Shown here: positions 49,864-61,137 of the stretch, one piece after another
Numbering within the stretch: position 1 is the stretch's first letter
How the letters are laid out: each line of letters opens with the position of its first letter
DNA from: an uncultured Candidatus Rokubacteria bacterium
Lineage (GTDB): Bacteria > Methylomirabilota > Methylomirabilia > Rokubacteriales > CSP1-6
Length of the DNA: 64,000 nucleotides
Assembly: GCA_963789955.1 (NCBI GenBank)
Contig: CAWBMV010000001.1
Span: forward strand, 256,001-320,000
Reading direction: 5' to 3'
Position numbers and translations under genes: made by a program
Notes under the pieces: generated by a model
What the model was told of the DNA's origin: nothing
Database searches by the model: none
What the model saw: only the letters and a program-made list of their open reading frames with translations

Positions 49864-52218
49864 ATGCCAACAACCGCACTCGTCGCCGCCGGCGTGGTCC
49901 TCCTCGCGGCTGGCGCCCTGCTCGGCTGGCACTACTTCGGGACCTGGCCTCTCGGCCTGCTTGGCTCGTCACGAACCAGCCGCGACGAGCCCGCCGCAAC
50001 CTACGTCGGTGCTCAGGCGTGCGCCCGCTGCCACGCGAAGGAGCATGCGGCGTGGATGGGTTCGGATCACGCGCGGGCGATGCAGGTCGCAAGCGAGGCG
50101 ACCGTGCTCGGCGACTTCGCCGACCGCCGGTTCGCGTACGGCGCCGTCACCTCGACCTTTTCCCGGCGCGCCGGCCGATACATGGTCCAGACGGATGGAC
50201 CGGACGGCAAGCCGGCCGAGTTCGAGATCAAGTACACGTTCGGCGTGCGGCCGCTGCAGCAATATCTGATCGAGCTGCCCGGCGGCCGCCTGCAGGCGCT
50301 CTCCATCGCGTGGGATGCGCGCCCGCGTGAGTCCGGCGGCCAGCGCTGGTTTCATCTCTATCCAAAGGAGAAGATCGACTACCGCGACGAGCTCCACTGG
50401 ACCCGCCGGCAGCAGAACTGGAACTACATGTGCGCGGACTGTCATTCGACGAACGTCCGCAAGAACTACGACGCCGCGGCGGATCGCTACGCGACCACGT
50501 GGTCCGAGATCAACGTGGCGTGCGAGGCGTGCCACGGCCCAGGCTCTCGCCACGTGGCCTGGGCTGACGCGGCACGACCCGGCCAGACATACGACGCGAG
50601 CGACCGCAAGGGACTGACGGCGGTGCTGCGCGAACGCCGCGGCGTGCAGTGGGCCATCGACCCGAGCTCGGGCAACGCCAAGCGGAGTACGCCGCGCGCC
50701 ACGGCCGTCGAGGTGGGCGTGTGCGCCCAGTGTCACGCACGGCGGAGCCAGATCTCGTCCGACTACGTGGCCGGTCGGCCGTTTCTCGATCACTACCTGC
50801 CGGCCGTGCTCACGCCGCCGCTCTACTGGTCCGACGGGCAGCAACGCGACGAGGTCTACACGTGGGGTTCCTTCCTCGAGAGCCGGATGCACGCCGCCGG
50901 GGTCACGTGTAGCGACTGTCACGAGCCGCACAGCCAGAAGCTCCGCGCGCCCGGCAATCAGGTCTGCGCCCAGTGCCACGCGCCGGCGAAGTACGACGCG
51001 GCGACGCATCACTTTCACCGTGCCGGCGGCCCGGGTGCCGAGTGCGCCGGCTGCCACATGCCGGTGACGCGCTACATGCTCATCGATCCGCGCCACGACC
51101 ACAGCTTGCGGGTGCCGCGCCCGGACCAGTCGGCCGCGCTCGGCGTGCCGAACGCGTGCACGCGCTGCCACGCCGATCGCAAGCCCGACTGGGCGGTCGC
51201 CAGGATGCAGACCTGGTACGGCCACACCGCAGCCGGCTATCAGCGATTCGCCGAGGCGTTCCACGCGGCGGAAACGGGTGCGGACGCTGCGGCCCGGCAA
51301 CTGGCCGCGATTGCCCGCGACCCGCTTCAACCCGCGATCGTCCGCGCGTCGGCGCTGGTGCAGATGGCGCGCGACCTCGGGCGCTCGCCGTCGGGCGTGG
51401 ACGCGGTGAAGCAGGCTCTGGGCGAGGCGGATCCGCTGGTGCGACGTGCCGCCGTGACGGCGGTCGAATCGCTGCCGCCCGACCAGCGGAGCACGCTGGC
51501 CACGCCGCTCCTGAGTGACCCGGCGCGACTCGTCCGGATCGAAGCGGCGCGCGTGCTGGCCCCGGTCCGGCCCGAGACACTCGACCAGGCCTCTCGCGCC
51601 GCCTACGAGCGAGCCGCCGCCGAGTTCATCGCGGTGCAGCGCACGAACGACGACCGGCCGGAGTCGCGGACCAACCTCGGCACCTACTTCGCCGCCCGCG
51701 GCCGGGTGGCCGCGGCGGAGACCGAGATGCGCGCGGCGCTCGCGCTGGATCCGACGTTCGTGCCCGCGTACGTGAATCTGGCCGACATCTATCGGGCCGA
51801 GCAGCGCGAGCCCGACGTCCGCCGCGTGCTCGCGGAAGGATTGACGGCCGTGCCGGACGACGCCTCGCTGCACTACGCGTTGGGGCTGGCCCTCGTGCGG
51901 GCGCAGCGAACGGCCGAAGGATTGATGCACATCGAGCGTGCGGCCGTGCGCGCGCCCGACAACGCGCGCTTCGTGTATACGTACGCCGTCAGTCTGTACT
52001 CGACCGGTAAGGCGCGGGAGGCCATCGCCGTGCTGGAGAAGGCGCTCCAGCGGCGCCCGAACGACCGCGACGTGCTGGTCGCGCTGGTCACGTTCAACCG
52101 CGACCAGGGCGCGAGCGAGCAGGCTCTTCGCTACGCCGAGCGCATGGCCGCGCAGTACCCCGACGACCCCGAGGCGCAACGGCTCGTCGCGCAGCTCCGC
52201 GCACGATCCCCCCGCTGA
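49864..52218 (+). CDS. Multiheme (8 CxxCH) c-type cytochrome with HEAT and TPR repeats
   Basis: CARCH, CADCH, CEACH, CAQCH, CSDCH, CAQCH, CAGCH, CTRCH; N-terminal TM anchor; DPLVRRAAV HEAT-like and TPR C-terminus. Confidence 0.92.
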   Translation: MPTTALVAAGVVLLAAGALLGWHYFGTWPLGLLGSSRTSRDEPAATYVGAQACARCHAKEHAAWMGSDHARAMQVASEATVLGDFADRRFAYGAVTSTFSRRAGRYMVQTDGPDGKPAEFEIKYTFGVRPLQQYLIELPGGRLQALSIAWDARPRESGGQRWFHLYPKEKIDYRDELHWTRRQQNWNYMCADCHSTNVRKNYDAAADRYATTWSEINVACEACHGPGSRHVAWADAARPGQTYDASDRKGLTAVLRERRGVQWAIDPSSGNAKRSTPRATAVEVGVCAQCHARRSQISSDYVAGRPFLDHYLPAVLTPPLYWSDGQQRDEVYTWGSFLESRMHAAGVTCSDCHEPHSQKLRAPGNQVCAQCHAPAKYDAATHHFHRAGGPGAECAGCHMPVTRYMLIDPRHDHSLRVPRPDQSAALGVPNACTRCHADRKPDWAVARMQTWYGHTAAGYQRFAEAFHAAETGADAAARQLAAIARDPLQPAIVRASALVQMARDLGRSPSGVDAVKQALGEADPLVRRAAVTAVESLPPDQRSTLATPLLSDPARLVRIEAARVLAPVRPETLDQASRAAYERAAAEFIAVQRTNDDRPESRTNLGTYFAARGRVAAAETEMRAALALDPTFVPAYVNLADIYRAEQREPDVRRVLAEGLTAVPDDASLHYALGLALVRAQRTAEGLMHIERAAVRAPDNARFVYTYAVSLYSTGKAREAIAVLEKALQRRPNDRDVLVALVTFNRDQGASEQALRYAERMAAQYPDDPEAQRLVAQLRARSPR

Positions 52219-52236
52219 CGCCGACAGCCGATCAAC

Positions 52237-52250
52237 TGGACCTTCGTCCA
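52237..52250. promoter_or_regulatory. Palindromic site TGGAC-CTTC-GTCCA (candidate regulator box)
   Basis: Same arms as 36110-36123; about 100 nt upstream of the DUF481 start. Confidence 0.65.
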
Positions 52251-52346
52251 GGCTGCCGAGCGCCGAATCGGGCCTTAGGTCATTGGTCCGATTGACGAGC
52301 CGGCTCAGTCTGTCTATTGTCCCGCGCGCCCCTGGGAGGTGCCCAC

Positions 52347-52996
52347 ATGACGGGTCGATCACTGCGGTTGCTCGCGTGCCCGCTCACGCTATCACTGGTC
52401 GTGGCTGGTCGGGCCGCGGCCGATGAGATTCTGTTTCTCAACGGCGACAGGCTCAGCGGCAAGATCGTCAGCGCCGATGGTGGCAAGCTCACGATCAAGA
52501 GCGAGACCGCCGGTGAGGTCATCGTGGATCTGGCGAAGGTGAAGACCTTCTCGACCGACGAGCCCATTGTGATCAAGACCGGCGACACCACGCTCAGCTC
52601 GAAGGTCACCGGCGGGGCCGACGGCACCGTGCAGGTCGTGCCCGTCGGCGGCGGGAGTCCACAGGTGATCGCGCTCAAGGACGTGGCGAAGATCAATCCG
52701 CCGCCGGTCACGTGGACCGGGTCGGTGGTGGGCAACGCGCTGATCACCACCGGCAACTCCGAGACCGAGAGTTTCGGCGCAAGACCGTCAAGCTCTTCAA
52801 CAACGTCGAGTGGCTGCCGAACATCACCGACTGGTTCGGCGACTACAATTTGAACGCGGACGTCGGCGCGCGGGCGACCATCTACGAGGGCCTCTTCGCC
52901 GAGGCCAAGATCGAGCTCCGCTACGACTCGACTCCGGCACCCGGAGCGAAGAAGGAAGATGTACGCTATCTCCTCGGCGTCGGCTGGTCATTCTGA
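52347..52996 (+). pseudogene. DUF481/YdiY-like outer-membrane beta-barrel, internally deleted and frameshifted near 52778
   Basis: ADEILFLNGDRLSGKI N-terminus and TGNSET first strands are joined out of frame to the final strands ..YDSTPAPG..YLLGVGWSF (beta-signal). Confidence 0.7.
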
Positions 52997-53028
52997 CCGA
53001 TGGCACACCCGTACTCGGAGGATGCTCG

Positions 53029-53613
53029 ATGAAGACCTTGATCGCGGTGCTCGCCGTGGCCGCGGTGGTCACGGCGCAGGCCTGCACGTCCACCCAGACG
53101 CCGAGCGCCGAGGAGGGGCCGGCCGTCGGAGTCGTCGGCGAGGCCGGCATGGTGACGGTCCGCGGATGGATCGACGCCGTCGACAAGACCAACCGGACCG
53201 TGACGTTGAAGGGACCCCGGGGCGGCACGGTGACGCTCGACGTGAAGGACCCGAAGAAGCTCGACACGGTCGCGGTCGGCGATCCGGTCGTCGCCGCGTT
53301 CATCGAGGCGCTGGCCCTTCAGGTCAAGAAGGTCCCCGGCGCGACGCTGGGCGTGAGTGTGACGGAAGCTCGGATGACATCCAAGCCCGGAGAAACTCCG
53401 GCCGGCGCCGTCGGCCGGGAGGTCGTCGTGACCGCAACGATCACCGCGATAGACCGAAAGGCGCAGACCGTGACCATCAAAGGCCCTCGCGGCAATATGG
53501 AGACCATCAAGGTGAAAGACGCGACGAACCTCACGGGAGTCGAGGCCGGTGACGTGGCCGAATTGACGTACACCCAGGCGCTGGCGGTCACGCTCGACCG
53601 GGCCGGCCTGTGA
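53029..53613 (+). CDS. Lipoprotein with two tandem OB-fold-like repeats
   Basis: Lipobox AQAC; strong similarity to 38880-39506 (TVTLKGP, VKDP, VGDPVVA, SKPGETPAGA). Confidence 0.8.
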   Translation: MKTLIAVLAVAAVVTAQACTSTQTPSAEEGPAVGVVGEAGMVTVRGWIDAVDKTNRTVTLKGPRGGTVTLDVKDPKKLDTVAVGDPVVAAFIEALALQVKKVPGATLGVSVTEARMTSKPGETPAGAVGREVVVTATITAIDRKAQTVTIKGPRGNMETIKVKDATNLTGVEAGDVAELTYTQALAVTLDRAGL

Positions 53614-54471
53614 GCGCGCCGGCTCGGTTCTTCGCCGCGGCCGTGCTCGCGCTGTTGCTGCCCGGCGTCGCGCCGGCGCAAGAGCTCACGGGAACCTTGA
53701 AGAAGATCAAGGACAGCGGAACGATCACGATCGGCTACCGCGAGCAGTCGGTGCCGTTCTCGTTCCGCGGCCCCGACGGCAGGCCTGCCGGCTACTCGGT
53801 CGACCTGTGCCAGCGGATCGCGACGGGTGTCCAGCAGCAGCTCAAGCTGCCGAAGCTCGACGTGAAGTGGGTCGCGGTCACGCCCGAGACGCGCATTCAA
53901 TCGGTCGTGAACGGCACGGTCGATCTCGAGTGCGGCTCGACCACGAACTCGCTCTCGCGCCAGGAGCAGGTCGACTTCAGCCACATGATCTTCGTCGACG
54001 GCAGCAGCCTTCTCATCAAGGCCGACAAGGTGGCCGCGATGCAGGACCTCGGTGGCAAGAAGATCGCGGTCATCCCGGGGACGACAACCGAGCCGGCGGT
54101 GCGCGCGGCGCTCCAGAAGGCCTTCGTGACGGCGCAGCTCGTTCCGGTGAAGGACCATCGTGAAGGGCTCGCCGCGGTCGAAAGCGGCAGCGCCGACGCC
54201 TACGCCTCGGACCGTGTCATCCTGATCGGTCTCATCATTACGGCGAAGGAGGGGCAATTCGCCATCGGCGAGCAGTACCTCGTCCTACGAGCCGTACGGC
54301 TTCATGCTGCGGCGGGGCGACGCGCCGTTCCGGCTGGCGGTCAATCGAGTCCTCTCGAGCCTCTATCGGTCGCGCGAGATCATGCAGGTCTACGGTCGGT
54401 GGTTCGGCAAGCTCGGTGAGCCCAGCAATCTTCTGCTCGCGATGTACGCGCTGCACGCGCTGCCCGAATAG
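53610..54471 (+). CDS. Amino-acid ABC substrate-binding protein (GltI-like; frameshift near 54280)
   Basis: GTLKKIKDSGTITIGYREQSVPFSF, DLECGSTTN, GTTTE, and in a shifted frame SYEPYGFMLRRGD...ALPE*. Confidence 0.9.
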
Positions 54472-54570
54472 GCCCGCGCACGCACCGCGCACCGCGGGCG
54501 CCACGCTCGCGCAACACGGCCGACCGCCTCGCGGTCCGGCGGTCGGCCGCGCTGGTATGCTAGGCGCGCC

Positions 54571-57500
54571 ATGAGCGAGAGCTTCCCGAGGCGTGCTCGG
54601 CTCTGGCGCTATCTCGGCTACGCCGCGGGCGCACTGGTGCTCCTGGCACTCGTCCTCGTCGTCGGGACGTGGCTCGCCGTCCGCGCTTGGGGCCCGGAGT
54701 TTGCGCGCGAGCGACTCGAGACCGCGCTGACCGCAGCACTCGGCCGGCCCACTCGTGTCGAACAGATCTCCGTCCAACCCTGGCTCGGTCGCGTCGTCAT
54801 CGGCAACGTCACCGCCGACGCGCTCCCGGGCGAGCCCGGGACCCATTTCTTCAAGCTGGGGCGGCTCGACGTCAACTTCGCCGTCAGTAGCTTGTGGCGG
54901 CGCCGCTTGATCCTGCGATCGATCGGGCTCGACGATCTCGACCTCACGATCCGGGCCGGCGGCGGCCCCGCGCTGCGTGAGCTGCCGATGCTGCCGGAGG
55001 TCGTGCGGGCCGGCCCGGTCGAAGTCGAGCTCGGCACCATCGAGCTTCGGCGCGGCCGCCTCGTCTACGACGATCCGGCGACGGCCACGCGAATCCAGGT
55101 GCAGGGCATCACCGCGAGCCTCGTGCCCGGTCGCGACGCGATGAGCGCGACCGTCGCCGCGCAGGAGCTGGCGCTCGACTTCGAGAAGATCCGTGAGCGG
55201 GTCGAGCAGCTGGACGCCGACGTGCGCATTCGGCCGACGCGGCTCGAGATCCGGCGGGTCGCGGCCACGTGGGAGAAAGCGCGCATCGTCGTCGCCGGCA
55301 AGGTCGACGGGCCGTTCGATCAAACTCGTATCGATCTGACCGTCCGTGGTGACGTCGAGCTCGCGGATGTCGGCCGCCGCGTCGGCGCCCCGGTGCCGCT
55401 GGCCGGTGTGGTGCGCGTCGACGGCAAGCTCGAAGGCCCCGCCGCGTCGCCGCGGGTGACCGCCGACGTCGCGTTCGACGAGCTCACGGCCGGGCCCGTG
55501 AAGGCGCGATCCGGGAAGGCGCACGCCGCGCTCGCCGACGGCGTGCTCTCGGTCACGAAACTCGACGTGCGAGCCTTCGACGGCGCTATCAACGGCTCGC
55601 TCACCGTCGAGCTCCAGCACGTGGACCGTGCGCACCTGGTGCTCGGTGCGCGCGGAATCTCCGTCGCGGCGCTCGGGCCGCTCGCGGGAACCCGGACCGG
55701 TGTCACCGGCCGGCTCGACGCCGCCGTCGAGGCCCGGGGCGACCTTCGCGATCCCGTGCGCGCGCAGAGCAAGGTGCGCCTCGAGGCGCGCGCGCTCAAG
55801 CTTCCCGATCGCCTCGCATCGCTGGGATACGGCACCGTCGATGCCGAGGCGCACGGCCAGCACGGCACGCTCACGCTCTCTCGGGGCGCCGCGAGCTGGC
55901 CGGGTCTGCAGATCGACGCGCAGGGGCCGGCGACCGTCGACGGGCCGAAGGGCCTGCGCGTGACCGCGAGCGGCGAGCTCGCCAAGCTCGGTCCGTTGAT
56001 GGGGCAGAAGTCGGCGTCGGGCCATGGCGTGCTCGTGGCCGATCTCACGGGGCGGTGGCGCGACCCCGTCGTCACCGGCAACCTCGAGCTCCGCTCGCCA
56101 GCGGTCGACGATCTGCGCGCGGACGAGATCGTGCTGCCCTTCGAGCTCACCACGCATACCCTGAAGCTCGCGGCGGCCAGCGCGCGCCTCGGGCGTGCGC
56201 GCCTCGTCGCATCGGGGAATCTCGCGTGGCCTCAACGCGCGTCTCCCGCGGTCCCGTCTCCGGAAACGGTTCGCGTCGATCTCCAGGCGCAGACGGAAGA
56301 TGCGCGCCTGGAGGATGCGTGGCCGTGGCTTCCGCCGGCGGGCCGCGGCAACGGGCCGGTGCGCGCGGCCGTCGCGGTGAAGGGGACGCTCACCGCCTGG
56401 CATGCGACTGGGCAAGTCGAGTCGAGCAACCTGACATGGCCCGATATCCCGGCGTCGCGCGAGCTGAGCGCGACCTTCGAGGCGACGCCTGATCGCATCG
56501 ACATCTCAGCGTTCAAGGCCGTGGTGCTCGACGCTCCGCTGACGGCACGCGGCCGCTGGCGGTGGGCGGGAGGCGGCGAGGTCGAGGCCAGCACCGGGCT
56601 GGTCGATCTCGCGCGGCTTCCCGGCATACCGGCCCGGTTGCGCGTCGAGGGCCGCGCGCGCGCGAACGTCACCGCGAGCGTGCGCGACGGCCGCGTGAAC
56701 GGCTCGGGCAAGCTGGTGGGTGAGCGTCTGGCGGTCGCCGGCTGGGCCCTCGGTCCAGCCACCGCGGATGTCTCGCTGGACGACAACGCGCTCAAAGGCG
56801 ACGCCGCCCTGCCCGAAGCGCGGATCAGAGCGACCGCGCAGGGCCGACTGGACGGTATGATCGCCACGCGCCTCACCGCGACGGACTTCGAGCTCGGGCC
56901 GATTCTCCGCCAGCTGCGCCCGGATATCTTCGGTGACGCCGCCGGCCGCCTCTCGGCCGTGGCCACGCTCGACGTGCCCGCGCGAGACCCGCGTGCCGCG
57001 CGCGGCGTCGTTCACCTCGAGCCGGTCCACCTCGAAATGGCTGGCGAGCGCTGGGACGCTCAAGGACCGATCGTCATTCGGCGCGAAGCCGGCCGGCTTA
57101 CCGTCGAGCGCCTCGAGATTGCCGGGCGACTCGGGACCGCCAGCGCCACCGGCTGGCTCGACGACGCCGGCACGCTCGACGGGACGCTCCGTGGCCAGGT
57201 GCCCCTTGGGCTATTGGCGGTGCTGCGTCACGAAGTACGCGAGGCCTCGGGAAAGCTCGATCTCGACGTGCGCTTGGGCGGGACCCTCGTGAAGCCGACC
57301 GTCCTGGGGCGCGGCACGATTACCGGCGGACTGGTCGCGCTTCGCGACCTGCCGTTCGTGGCCCGCGATGTGGAAGGACGGCTGGTGCTCTCGCCGGCGC
57401 GGCTGCGCATCGAAGAGCTGAAGGCCGGCATCGGCACCGGCACCGCCCGCGCGACCGGCGAGATCGCGCTCGATGGCGCGACGGTCGGCGCCTACCAGGT

Positions 57501-58392
57501 CGCGCTCACCGCCCAGAGGGTCGGGCTCACGCCGGCTCGATGGTCTGGAAACGGGCTGGAACGGCGAGCTCGCGCTGGTCGGCCGAGGGCCGAAAGGGCT
57601 CGCGCGCGGCGAAGTCATCTCTACGCGGCACGTACACGAAGGACCTCTCGATCCTGCCGCTTCGGCTCCAGGGCGGCGGCCGGGCGGAGCCGGCCGCCGG
57701 AGCCGGGAGTCGCGCTCCAGGTTCAGGTCCATTCGACGACAGACCGGTGATCGCTCGCCGCAGCGCAGGTCCGGGCAGCGGCACGCCGGCTGCGCGGGAC
57801 GATCGCTGAGCCGACGATCCTGGGTACGCTCGAGACGCAGGACGGCCGGGTCACGTTTGCCGGAACTGGTTGTCTCGAGAACGTGCTCGTGCGCTTCGAT
57901 GATCCCGGACGGACCAATCCCTAGATCGACCTGCGCGCGACCACCGGGATCCGCACGTATGACGTGACGATGCGGCTCAGGGCCGCGCCGAGGACCTGAC
58001 GATCCGGCTCGCGTCGGAGCCGCCGCTCGCGCAGGCGTCTCCTCGCGCTGGTCAGGTCGGCTCGACAAATCCGAGCTGGAAGCTGGGCGGCGGTGGCACT
58101 GTGTTCGCGACCGAAGCGGTGCAGCTCATTTCCAAGGAGCTCCTCGGCGGCGAGCTCAACGCGCCGACCGTCGACATCCTCGAGTTCGGGGAGAACGAGG
58201 CAGGCGAGAGCGAGTTTCGCGTCGGTAAGCGCTCCACGACCGCACCTGGCGACGTACTCGGGAGCTTCTCCGAGAACGGCAAGCAGAAGATACGCATCGA
58301 GTATCAGCTGTTCGGACCCGTGCTCATCGCGGGCGAGCAGGTGTTCAGCGGCGGCGTCGGGGGCGACGTGATCGCGCTTCGGATTTCGATGA
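54571..58392 (+). CDS. tamB: TamB/AsmA-like (DUF490) translocation module protein; several frameshifts after 57530
   Basis: N-terminal TM anchor and a long beta-taco-like repeat region. Fragments GTIAEPTILG, FDDP..TNP.IDLRATT.IRTYDVTM and EYQLFGP are typical of the DUF490 end; followed by an Omp85 gene. Confidence 0.75.
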
Positions 58393-61136
58393 TCCGCTGC
58401 CTCGCCGGGGCTCTGCGGCGGTTCTCGCCGCGCTCTCGCCGTGATGACCAGGGCGAGCCCCGAACCGCCGGCTCCGACGGCGACGGGGTCGAGGGGGTTC
58501 ACGGCATCAGTCGACCGGGTGGTCGGTCGATCAGTTCTCACCGGCTTGGTCGGCCAGCCGTTCTTGCGCGCGCGTACGTGAGAGCCTCGACCGCCTCTGG
58601 GTGCCGGGCATCTTCGACAAGGTCGAGGTCGAGTCGGTCGACGAGCCCGGCGGCGTCCGGCTGCGTTTCGTGTCTCGCGGCGACCGTTCTCGAGAGCCTG
58701 AAGTGGACCGGTGAGCTGGGCTCGACGCCGCCGACCTTGCTGCGACGCCGCGCTCGCGTCGGAGGCCGGCCGAGCCCGCGCGCCTCGACCGCGCGCAAAG
58801 GGAAGTCCTCCGCCGCCTGCGTCGCGAAGGCTATCTGGCGGCCAACGTGCGCGCTGACGCGCGCGAGACCCTGTAACGAATGGACGGCAGTCACGATGGT
58901 CGTGGACGCCGGCAGGAAGCGCGGATCGGTCGCCTCGAGATCGGCGGACTCGCGCGCGCCGAGGAGAAGCCGCTCCGCAAGGCGCTCGACCTCGACCCGG
59001 GCGACAAGTTCAAGGAACGCAAGTTCCGCGACGGCGTGCGCGCCATGGAGGCGACCCTGCACACGCAGGGGCTTCTTCGAGTCGCGCGTGTCGTCGCGCG
59101 AGCCCGCCTTCGACGGGGCGACGAACACGGTCGATCTCACGGTCGAGGTGATCGAGGGCCCACTCACCGTCGTGGAGTTCCTGGGCCGGGAGGCGCTGAA
59201 GGAGGCGGCGCTCGCGAGCGGCTGGTCTCGGCGACGACCGCATCGTCGACGATGTCGAGGTGCGGGCCAGCGCCGATCAGATCGAAAAGGCCTACCACGA
59301 GGCGGGCTACGACTTCGCCAAGGTGAGCGGGACGCTCGGCGGTGACGCGACCGGACGCATGGTGAAGTTTCAGATCGACGAGGGCCGCGCGTCGTCGTCG
59401 AGAGCATCACCTTCGAGGGGGCGGTCACCCTGACCGACAAGCAGCTGGCCGAGCAGATGCAGACGCGCCCGGCCGGGCTGATCCCGATCGGCATCTTTCG
59501 CGGCCTCTTCGTGAAGAACGGCTCGAGCAGGACGTGAGGCTCATCCGCTCGTACTACCGCACGGAGGGATTTCCGTCGGCGGAGGTCGGGCCTGCGCGCG
59601 TGGCGTTCAGCGATGATCGAACGCACGCGCAGATCGTCATTCCGGTCGTCGAGGTCGCGGCGCATGGTGTCCGCGGTCACCGTGACCGGCAACCGCGTCC
59701 TCGACACCGACACGGTCATGAAGACCATCGGATTCAAGGCCGGCGATCCCTGGGACGCGTCGCGCGCCGAGGACGCGCGGGGCAAGGTGGAGAAGCTCTA
59801 TCAACGGCGGGGATACCGCGGCACCGTGTGGGCCTGAGCTGGCGGACAAGGATGGCGCCGTGTCGGCCGCGTACACGGTCGAGGAGGGCGAGCTGACGCG
59901 GATCGGCCAGATCATGGTGTCCGGCCTGACGGCCACGAAGCCGTACGTGGTCGCGCGCGAGCTTCAATTCTCGCCGGGTGATCCGCTCACCGCCGTGACG
60001 CTTTCGGAGGCACGACGCCGCCTGGATACGACGCGCATCTTCGACCGGGTCGACGTCGAGCCGACCGGCGACCCTTCCGCGCCGATCCGGGACGTGCTGG
60101 TGACCCTGCGGGAAGCGAAGCCGTGGCGCGTCGAGTTCGGCGTGGGCTACGAGACGGAGGAGGGCTTCCGGCTTCGTCACGATCGCCTACGACACTTGCT
60201 CGGGACCGGCCGCGGCGCCTCGATCCGGCAGCGCGTGAGCGAGAAGGGGTATCGCACCGACCTCGACTATCTCGAGCCCTGGATCCTGGGCTCGGAGTGG
60301 CAAGGCGACGCCCTCGGGTTCATCGAGCAGAAGCAGGAGATCGGCTACCTGAGGAACAGTTTCGGCTCGTTGCTCACCGTGCGGCGTGATTCCTGAGACC
60401 TCTCTTCCGCCCCGAGGAACCCACCGATCATCCCAAGAGCCTGCAGGGCGGGTTCCGGTATCGGGTCGAGCACTTCAAGCGCTCGAACATCGATCCCGAC
60501 CTCATCGCGGATGGCAGCATCCGGGAGCGGGACGACCTGGTCACGAGCGTGAGCTCGTTCCTTACCCTCGAGCTGCGCGATCAGATCGCCGATCCCAAGC
60601 AGGGCAGCTATCATTTCACCGCGCTCGAGGTGGGCAGCACGGCGCTCGGCGGCAATGTCAACTTCGTGAAGTTCCGGCTCGAGGACACCTGGCTGTTTCC
60701 TCTGCCGGCGCGGACCCTCCTGGCGTTCTCGACTCGCCTCGGACTCGCCGGGCCCTACGGCGACACCGCGGACCTCGTGATCGAGGACCGATTCAAGGCC
60801 GGCGGCAGCACGACCGTTCGTGGCTACAAGGAGGACATGGTCGGACCCCTCGACGCGGGCGGCAACCCGCAGGGCGGCGATCTGCGGATCCTCATCAACA
60901 ACGAGTTCCGCTTTCCGATCTACCGCTGGCTCGGCGGGGTCGTCTTCTTCGATGTGGGCATGGTCACGCCGACCGTGCCCGACTTCGCGTTCTCGGCCTT
61001 CTACCCCGGTGTCGGGAGCGGATTGCGGATCACGACGCCGATCGGACCGATTCGTCTCGACGTGGGCTACGGGCTCCGCCAAGTTCGCAACGACGACCGA
61101 ATCCAGGTCTATCTGACGGTTGGGCAAGCCTTCTGA
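58389..61136 (+). CDS. Omp85-family outer-membrane assembly factor (BamA/TamA-like, multi-POTRA); heavily frameshifted
   Basis: POTRA fragments (YYRTEGF..AEV, VIEGP, IMVSGLTATKPYVVAREL), barrel motifs GGSTTVRGY, NNEFRFPI and TPIGPIRLDVGY, terminal GQAF. Confidence 0.85.
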
Positions 61137-61137
61137 T

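Noticed and set aside
49969..56415. Long antisense ORFs (49969-52362, 54238-56415, and similarly 21657-23894 and 3158-5278)
   Set aside because: Shadow ORFs expected in high-GC DNA opposite well-supported genes, with no recognisable motifs.
57530..60550. tamB and Omp85 genes broken into many pieces, looking like pseudogenes
   Set aside because: Dense small indels while conserved motifs remain intact, with similar indels across the window, point to long-read consensus errors rather than biology.
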